DNA of 64,000 bases from Candidatus Omnitrophota bacterium. GTDB lineage: Bacteria; Omnitrophota; Gorgyraeia; Duberdicusellales; Duberdicusellaceae. The stretch lies in contig JAFGCB010000025.1 of assembly GCA_016932855.1 (NCBI GenBank), forward strand, positions 13,868 to 77,867, given 5' to 3'. The notes beneath the pieces were generated by a model. It was not told the DNA's origin and made no database searches. It worked only from the letters and a program-made list of their open reading frames with translations. The position numbers were made by a program, and so were the translations under genes. Below, piece after piece: positions 28,610-35,523 of the stretch. How positions within the stretch are numbered: position 1 is the first letter of the stretch; each line of letters opens with the position of its first letter.

Positions 28610-29803
28610 ATGAAGTACATAATTGTTGTTCCTGACGGCGCGGCTGATTATCCTTGCCCGGAGCTTGACGGAAAGACCCCCTTAGAGGTTGCTGATACCC
28701 CTAACATGGATTATCTTTCCAAGGAAGGAATTATCGGGCGGGTAAAAACCATCCCTAAAGGCTTTCCGGCTTCAAGTGACGTAGCCAATCTTTCTCTTTT
28801 AGGATTCGATCCTCAAAAATACTATACCGGTCGCGGCCCGCTTGAAGCAGCGAATATGGGCATAGAGCTCGGATCTAAAGATATAGCCTTCAGGTGCAAT
28901 TTGGTAACCGAGGTTGACGGCAAGCTGGCAGATTACAGTGCCGGTCACATAACCAACAGAGAAGCCCACATATTAATAGATGCTCTTAATAAGGAACTGG
29001 GAACTAAACAGATAGAATTCTTTCCGGGAGTAAGCTACAGGCATTTGATGATTTTCAGAGACGGATACGAGCTTGGTTTTCAGGATGTAAGGACATTCCC
29101 GCCTCATGATATCATGGGGTCTTTGGTAAAAAAACACTTACCTTCCGGAAAAAACGCTAATCTATTGGTAGAACTCATTGATAAATCAAAGCAGGTTTTA
29201 TTTAAGCACGAGATAAATACTGTAAGGGTTGATTTAAAAGAAAACCCGGCTAATTCTATCTGGCTTTGGGGCCAGGGAATAAAGCCTCAAATTCCCTTGT
29301 TTAAAGATAAGTTTGGAAAAACCGGAGCGGTTATTTCAGCGGTGGACTTAATTAAGGGAATCGGAAAGATTATCGGCTTTAAGGTGTTAGAAGTCGAAGG
29401 AGCAACTGGTTTTTATGATACAAATTATGAAGGAAAAGCAAAAGCCGCCCTTAAGGTTTTAGAAGAAGTGGATCTGGTTTATGTCCACATCGAAGCCACT
29501 GATGAGGCAGGTCATAACCAGGATTTGAGAATGAAAATAACCTGCCTTGAGCGGATAGACAGGTTTGTTTTAGGGACCATACTTAAAGAGAGAGATTTGG
29601 AATCTACCAGAATACTCGTTGTCCCCGATCATTTTACGCCTTTATCAAAAAGAACTCATACGCCGGAACCGGTTCCGTTTGTTATAGCGGGAGGCAAGAT
29701 ACCAAAGTCAATAACCGCAAAATTTTCTGAAGAAGAAGCCCAGCGTTCAAGCCTCTATTTTGAACAGACTTCGCTTCTTATGGAATATCTGGTTAAAGAA
29801 TAG
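28610..29803 (+). CDS. ApgM-type cofactor-independent phosphoglycerate mutase family protein. Its position suggests the predicted non-orthologous homoserine kinase.
   Basis: N-terminus IIVVPDGAADYPCPELDGKTPLEVADTPNMDYL is typical of the archaeal-type iPGM / metalloenzyme superfamily. It sits between thrC and lysC. Confidence 0.7.
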   Translation: MKYIIVVPDGAADYPCPELDGKTPLEVADTPNMDYLSKEGIIGRVKTIPKGFPASSDVANLSLLGFDPQKYYTGRGPLEAANMGIELGSKDIAFRCNLVTEVDGKLADYSAGHITNREAHILIDALNKELGTKQIEFFPGVSYRHLMIFRDGYELGFQDVRTFPPHDIMGSLVKKHLPSGKNANLLVELIDKSKQVLFKHEINTVRVDLKENPANSIWLWGQGIKPQIPLFKDKFGKTGAVISAVDLIKGIGKIIGFKVLEVEGATGFYDTNYEGKAKAALKVLEEVDLVYVHIEATDEAGHNQDLRMKITCLERIDRFVLGTILKERDLESTRILVVPDHFTPLSKRTHTPEPVPFVIAGGKIPKSITAKFSEEEAQRSSLYFEQTSLLMEYLVKE

Positions 29804-29876
29804 CGAAGCGCCAGATAGGCCGGTACCGACAACTTAACATATAGCACTAAACATATAAAATAGTTAGAGTAGCATA

Positions 29877-31451
29877 ATGAACAGCGCATTTTTACTTTTA
29901 ATTGTTCTGGCGGCTCTTTTCTTGGGCTATAAAATTTACGGAAGCGTAATCTTTCGGCTTTTCGGTCTAAATGACGCAAGGCCTACCCCGGCCCACGCTA
30001 AAAATGACGGCTTTGATTACGTTCCGGCTAAAAACTGGTTTATTCTTTTCGGGCACCATTTCTCTTCTATTGCCGGCGCCGGGCCGATAGTAGGTCCGAT
30101 ACTTGCTGTTTCGCTTTGGGGCTGGGTGCCTTCGGTGATATGGATTGTTTTCGGTTCGATTTTTATCGGAGCAGTGCATGATTTTTCGGCTTTGATAGTT
30201 TCAGTAAGGTCCGGCGGCCGTTCCATCGCCGATGTTTCCCGGGAAACTGTTTCCAAAAGAGCCCGGGTCCTTTTTTTGATTTTTGTCTGGATCGCCTTAG
30301 CTCTTGTTATTACAGTATTCGCCAGTATATGCGCCGATACTTTTGTTGCCGAGCCGAAAATAGCAACCTCCAGCCTGGGACTTATACCTTTGGCCCTTAT
30401 TGTAGGGTTTTTGATTTACAGAGCTAGACTGCCGCTTTTCCCGGCGACTATCATCGGCATTACCGGCATAATTCTTCTTATTTTTCTGGGGGAGAGGGTT
30501 CATTTTACTTTAGGTATAGATAACTCTAAGAATCTTTGGATGATAATTCTTTTTGTTTATGCCTTTTTCGCTTCAATTATTCCGGTAAATATTTTACTTC
30601 AGCCCAGAGACTATATTTCCAGTTTTCTTTTATTCGCCGGTTTGATTCTGGGCAGCGCAGGCATACTTATAACCAGGCCGCCAATGGTTGGCCCGGCTTT
30701 CGTTTCTTTTAAGAGCTCTCAAGGCAATCTTGTGCCCATGCTTTTTGTTACTGTTGCTTGCGGGGCTATTTCGGGATTCCACTCTTTGGTTGCTTCAGGG
30801 ACGACTTCTAAACAGCTTCCTAATGAATCCGCGGCTAAAAAAGTGGGTTTTGGGGGGATGCTCCTTGAGGGTTTTTTGGCAACAATAGCCCTTATAACTG
30901 TAAGCGTAGCTTTTAGCAAGGCTGGTCCGGTTACTGTTTTTTCGCAAGGGTTCGGCCAGATAACCCGGCCTTTGCTGGGTAATTACGGGGCATTTTTAGC
31001 CACGCTTATTTTAAACGCTTTTATATTAACTACTCTTGATACCGCTACCAGAATAAACCGTTATATAACAGAAGAGCTTCTGGGATTAAAGAACTATTTT
31101 CTTTCCACTCTTTTGGTTGTTTTATTCAGCGCCTATTTGGCCTTTTCAGGGGGATGGAAGATTCTCTGGCAGATGTTCGGTATTTCCAACCAGTTAGTCG
31201 CGGCTTTAGCTTTAATTGTTTTGACGGTCTGGCTTATGAATAAAGGAAAGAATTTCTTTTATCTGTTAATCCCGGCCGTATTCATGCTCTTCGTTACTTT
31301 AAGCGCCTTGTTTTTAAAGCTTTCAGGCTTTATCGCCGATAAGAATGCGGGCTTAATTGTTGTTACTTTATGCTTACTTTTATTAGGAATTTTTGTGGCA
31401 GTAGAAGGAGCCCTGGCTATCGGAAGAAAAAAGAAGGGGATTTATGCCTAA
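29877..31451 (+). CDS. cstA: Carbon starvation protein A family transporter (CstA, short form)
   Basis: N-terminal DGFDYVPAKNW...FGHHFSSIAGAGPIVGPILA...GAVHDF matches the conserved CstA block. Multi-TM. Confidence 0.75.
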   Translation: MNSAFLLLIVLAALFLGYKIYGSVIFRLFGLNDARPTPAHAKNDGFDYVPAKNWFILFGHHFSSIAGAGPIVGPILAVSLWGWVPSVIWIVFGSIFIGAVHDFSALIVSVRSGGRSIADVSRETVSKRARVLFLIFVWIALALVITVFASICADTFVAEPKIATSSLGLIPLALIVGFLIYRARLPLFPATIIGITGIILLIFLGERVHFTLGIDNSKNLWMIILFVYAFFASIIPVNILLQPRDYISSFLLFAGLILGSAGILITRPPMVGPAFVSFKSSQGNLVPMLFVTVACGAISGFHSLVASGTTSKQLPNESAAKKVGFGGMLLEGFLATIALITVSVAFSKAGPVTVFSQGFGQITRPLLGNYGAFLATLILNAFILTTLDTATRINRYITEELLGLKNYFLSTLLVVLFSAYLAFSGGWKILWQMFGISNQLVAALALIVLTVWLMNKGKNFFYLLIPAVFMLFVTLSALFLKLSGFIADKNAGLIVVTLCLLLLGIFVAVEGALAIGRKKKGIYA

Positions 31452-32670
31452 ACATAAGCTTGTTGTCCAAAAATACGGAGGAACGTCTTTAGCTACTCCG
31501 GCGAGAATCGAGAAAGTAGCCGACAGGATAATTTCTTATATAAAGAGAGGCTATGATATTATGACGGTAGTTTCAGCAATGGGCCATACAACTGATGAGC
31601 TTATCGAGCTTGCGAGAAAAATAAATCCTTATCCCAGCGAAAGGGAGCTAGATATGCTGATTTCTACCGGAGAGCAGATTTCTTCATCTCTTTTAGCCAT
31701 GGCTTTGCATAAGCGAAAAGCTGACGCGGTTTCTTTTACCGGCGTGCAAGTAGGGATTCTTACCGACAAATATCATACTAAAGCCAGGATAATTGAAATA
31801 GATGCTTCGCGGATTAAAAAAGCCTTAAGGCAGAACAGGATAGTGGTGGTTGCCGGTTTTCAGGGCAGGACTTGTGATGAAGATATAGCTACTTTGGGAA
31901 GAGGCGGTTCTGATCTTTCCGCGGTTGCCTTGGCTTCAGTTCTTAAAGCGGATGTCTGCGAAATATATACTGATGTTGAAGGTATATATACCGCTGATCC
32001 GCGGGTTGTAAAAGGGGCCAGGAAATTAGATTGCATAAGCTTTGACGAGATGTTAGAATTAGCCTCAAGAGGCGCCCAGGTTATGCAGACCAGGGCCGTA
32101 GAGGTCGCGAAAAAATACAATATCCCTTTGCATGTTCGCTCGAGTCTTTCAAACAAGGAGGGGACCATAATCATGGAAAGAAAGCCTTCATTGGAGGAGC
32201 CGGTAGTAAGAGGGGTGACTTTGACCGAGAGAGAAGCAAAGATTACGGTTTGCCAGGTTCCTGATAAGGCCGGGATGGCCGCCAAGATATTCTCCGAATT
32301 AGCGGCGAGTAATCTAAACATAGATATGATTGTCCAGAACGTAAGCCACAAGAGGATCACCGATATATCGTTTACCGTCGGAAAAGATGAAGCTTACGCG
32401 AGTTTAGCTACCACAAAGAGAGTCGCCAAGAAAATAGGCGCAGCTAATGTATTATATGACGAGGATATAGCTAAAGTTTCTATTGTAGGCATTGGAATGA
32501 AGGCTCACTCGGGAGTCGCTAATGCGATGTTTAAGGCTTTAGCCAAAGCAAAGATAAATATTGAGATGATATCTACTTCGGAGATAAGTATTTCCTGCGT
32601 TGTCAGGCGAAAACAAGGTAAATCCGCGGCAAGGGCTCTGCACAGGGCTTTCGGGCTTGGTTCGTCATGA
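31444..32670 (+). CDS. lysC: Aspartate kinase
   Basis: KYGGTSL N-terminus, 408 aa with C-terminal ACT domains. Start overlaps the cstA stop. Confidence 0.9.
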   Translation: MPKHKLVVQKYGGTSLATPARIEKVADRIISYIKRGYDIMTVVSAMGHTTDELIELARKINPYPSERELDMLISTGEQISSSLLAMALHKRKADAVSFTGVQVGILTDKYHTKARIIEIDASRIKKALRQNRIVVVAGFQGRTCDEDIATLGRGGSDLSAVALASVLKADVCEIYTDVEGIYTADPRVVKGARKLDCISFDEMLELASRGAQVMQTRAVEVAKKYNIPLHVRSSLSNKEGTIIMERKPSLEEPVVRGVTLTEREAKITVCQVPDKAGMAAKIFSELAASNLNIDMIVQNVSHKRITDISFTVGKDEAYASLATTKRVAKKIGAANVLYDEDIAKVSIVGIGMKAHSGVANAMFKALAKAKINIEMISTSEISISCVVRRKQGKSAARALHRAFGLGSS

Positions 32671-34244
32671 AGAGTAAAATTTTGTTGTACGACACTACCT
32701 TAAGGGATGGGGCCCAGTCAGAAGGGATATCTTATTCTTTAAAGGATAAGGTCCGCATTGCCAAAAGACTGGATTCTTTCGGAATTGACTTTGTCGAAGG
32801 GGGCTGGCCTTACTCTAATCCTAAAGACAAGGAGTTTTTCGAATATTTCAAAAAAAGAGGCTTAAGAAAAGCCAAGCTGGTAGCTTTCGGCTCAACGGCT
32901 TATCCTCATGTCAGGGCGAATAAGGACAAGAACCTTTTGAGCCTGCTTAAGTCAGGCACCGAGTTCATTACTCTATTTGGAAAAAGCTGGGATTTGCAGG
33001 TTAAAGACGTATTAAGGACATCTTTGGAGGAGAATTTAAGGATTATACATGATTCAATAAGTTTTCTTAAGAAAAAAGGGCGTCATGTTTTTTTTGACGC
33101 CGAGCATTTCTTTGACGGCTATAAAGAGAATCCTTCCTACGCTATTAAGTCGTTGAAAGTAGCCCAGGAAGCCGGAGCGGATTTCATTATCTTATGCGAT
33201 ACCAACGGCGGCAGCTTAACTTCTCAGGTAACGGCAGTTATAGGAAAGGTTAAAGAAGGGATTAAGGTTGATTTAGGTATTCATACTCACAATGATTGCG
33301 GTCTTGCAGTGGCTAATTCCATAGCGGCGATTGAATGCGGCTGCACTCAGGTGCAAGGGACATTTAACGGCTACGGAGAGCGTTGCGGAAACGCTGATTT
33401 GTCAACGATAATTCCTATTCTGAGAATAAAATTGAATAAAAGCACGATTTCAGACCGGCAGCTAAGAAAGCTTACCGAAGTTTCGCATTTTGTAAGCGAG
33501 GTAAGCAATATGAAGCATCCTGATAATCACCCTTATGTGGGAAGGAGCGCTTTTGCCCACAAAGGAGGAGTCCACATAAATGCTATGGTAAAAAACCCCA
33601 AGGCCTACGAGCATATTGACCCGGACCTGGTAGGAAATCAACGAAGGCTTTTGGTTTCCGAGGTTTCAGGCAAGACCTCGATTGTCATGGCCGCTAAGAC
33701 TATGTTCCATGAACTAGATAAGAAATCAAAGAAGACCGAGAAGATCCACCGCCTTCTTCAAAGATTGGAGAAGCAAGGATACCAGTTTGAGGTTGCCGAT
33801 GCTTCTTTTAAGATTATTCTGGAGAGGCAGCTTAAGAAATATAAAAAGTTTTTTAGTCTTCAGGGTTTCAGGGTGATTATCGAGAAGAGGCAAGACGGCG
33901 CCATTATTTCCGAGGCGGCTATTAAAATGAAAGTTGCCGGCAAGCTGCAGCATACCGCTGCCGAAGGAGACGGTCCGGTCAACGCCCTGGACAACGCCTT
34001 AAGAAAGGCCTTGCTTAAATCTTATCCGGCTTTAGCAAGAATGCATCTGTCCGATTTTAAAGTCCGGGTTTTAGACGAGGAGAGAGGGACGGCTGCCAAG
34101 GTAAGGGTTTTGATTGAGTCCCAGGATGAAGAGGAATCTTGGTCAACCGTAGGGGTTTCCGAGAATATTATTGAAGCTTCCTGGCAGGCTCTTGCAGATT
34201 CCGTGGAGTATAAGCTTCTTAAGGAATCCAAGAAGTTAGAGTAA
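32667..34244 (+). CDS. (R)-citramalate synthase / 2-isopropylmalate synthase family (LeuA-CimA) with C-terminal LeuA-dimer regulatory domain
   Basis: LYDTTLRDGAQ, HTHNDCGLAVANS and 525 aa length are typical of CimA. Confidence 0.8.
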   Translation: MKSKILLYDTTLRDGAQSEGISYSLKDKVRIAKRLDSFGIDFVEGGWPYSNPKDKEFFEYFKKRGLRKAKLVAFGSTAYPHVRANKDKNLLSLLKSGTEFITLFGKSWDLQVKDVLRTSLEENLRIIHDSISFLKKKGRHVFFDAEHFFDGYKENPSYAIKSLKVAQEAGADFIILCDTNGGSLTSQVTAVIGKVKEGIKVDLGIHTHNDCGLAVANSIAAIECGCTQVQGTFNGYGERCGNADLSTIIPILRIKLNKSTISDRQLRKLTEVSHFVSEVSNMKHPDNHPYVGRSAFAHKGGVHINAMVKNPKAYEHIDPDLVGNQRRLLVSEVSGKTSIVMAAKTMFHELDKKSKKTEKIHRLLQRLEKQGYQFEVADASFKIILERQLKKYKKFFSLQGFRVIIEKRQDGAIISEAAIKMKVAGKLQHTAAEGDGPVNALDNALRKALLKSYPALARMHLSDFKVRVLDEERGTAAKVRVLIESQDEEESWSTVGVSENIIEASWQALADSVEYKLLKESKKLE

Positions 34245-34247
34245 GAC

Positions 34248-34598
34248 ATGCCTAACCGACGAAAATTTGTCCGTTTTGAGGTTGAGGATATCCTGGAGGT
34301 AAGGCCGCTTTCGGAAGTCGCCAGGAAATTTAAAAGCGTATCAAAAGACTTCAGCGTAATCGGCATATGCTTTTTTTCCGACTTTAAATGGGAAAAAGGC
34401 CAGGTGCTTTTAATTGAATATTTTTTACCGGAGGATCTTGAGGCCGTAAAGCTCAAAGCCGGCGTTGTTTGGTCTGAGTTTATCGATGATAAAAAAGGAT
34501 TTCTTGTGGGCGTAGAGATCCTGGACCTTGAAGACAAACACGCTGATAAATTCACCAATTACTACTTTCGAAAAGTAAGAGAACGTTTTTTTGAGTAA
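34248..34598 (+). CDS. Single-domain PilZ protein
   Basis: RKFVR (RxxxR) and DFSVIG (DxSxxG) motifs. Starts 3 nt after the cimA stop. Confidence 0.5.
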   Translation: MPNRRKFVRFEVEDILEVRPLSEVARKFKSVSKDFSVIGICFFSDFKWEKGQVLLIEYFLPEDLEAVKLKAGVVWSEFIDDKKGFLVGVEILDLEDKHADKFTNYYFRKVRERFFE

Positions 34599-34664
34599 TT
34601 AGAAATTTCAGCTTTTCAAAAGTCTCCCGCCGCCTGAACAGATAAACCTATTTTAAGCTAAAAA

Positions 34665-35468
34665 ATGTTTATAAGAATAACAGTCTTATTGTTAGTTTTT
34701 CTGGTTATTCTCTTGGGATATTTTAGGTATTATGAAAAGAAATGCATATATTTTCCTACCAAAGAGATTTCAGCTACCCCCAGGGATTTAGGGCTTGAAT
34801 ACGAAGATATTTATTTTCATACCTCCGACGGCATAGGGCTTAACGCCTGGTTCATTACCCGGCCCGATGCTTCTCTTACCATCCTTTTTCTCCACGGCAA
34901 TGCCGGGAATTTGAGCCATAGATTAGAGGTATTGCAAATATTGCATCCTTTGCAAACTAATATATTTATTGTTGACTGGCGGGGCTACGGCAAGAGTCAA
35001 GGCACTCCTTCGGAAGAAGGACTTTATCTTGACGCCTTAGCTTCTTATGATTATTTGGTGAAAGAAAAAGGCATACCCGCGGACTCCATTATAGTCTACG
35101 GTAAGTCCCTGGGCGCCAATATTGCCGTTGATTTAGCTTCGCGGGTCAAGATAAAAGCTTTGATTAGCGATAGCGGATTTACCAGCGCCTATGATATGGC
35201 CAGGCATATTTTCCCTTTCATACCGGTTAAGCTCTTTATTACCGTTAAATTCGACGCCTTAACCAAGATAAAAAACATTTATTGTCCTAAGTTGATAGTT
35301 CATTCTCCGCATGATGAGATGATTCCTTTTTGGATGGCAAAAAAACTTTTTGAAGCCGCTGCGGCCCCTAAAGAGCTTTACCAGCTCGGCGGCTCTCATA
35401 ACGAGATGATGTTTATAAACAGAAAAGAGTTTATAGAGCGGCTCGGTAAGTTCCTGTGCAGTCTCTAA
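34665..35468 (+). CDS. Alpha/beta-hydrolase fold protein
   Basis: N-terminal TM segment, GKSLG nucleophile elbow and an HGNAGN oxyanion region. Confidence 0.7.
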   Translation: MFIRITVLLLVFLVILLGYFRYYEKKCIYFPTKEISATPRDLGLEYEDIYFHTSDGIGLNAWFITRPDASLTILFLHGNAGNLSHRLEVLQILHPLQTNIFIVDWRGYGKSQGTPSEEGLYLDALASYDYLVKEKGIPADSIIVYGKSLGANIAVDLASRVKIKALISDSGFTSAYDMARHIFPFIPVKLFITVKFDALTKIKNIYCPKLIVHSPHDEMIPFWMAKKLFEAAAAPKELYQLGGSHNEMMFINRKEFIERLGKFLCSL

Positions 35469-35523
35469 ATAGCCAGTCCTAAAAACCTTGACTAGGCCTA
35501 CCTTATATTGTAAAGTATTTCCT

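Noticed and set aside
31860-32360. 166-aa minus-strand ORF
   Set aside because: Lies inside lysC on the opposite strand. No motif or start signal. Artefact of a long open antisense frame.
34022-34558. 178-aa minus-strand ORF
   Set aside because: Antisense to the cimA 3-prime end and the PilZ gene. Ser/Thr-rich low-complexity translation.
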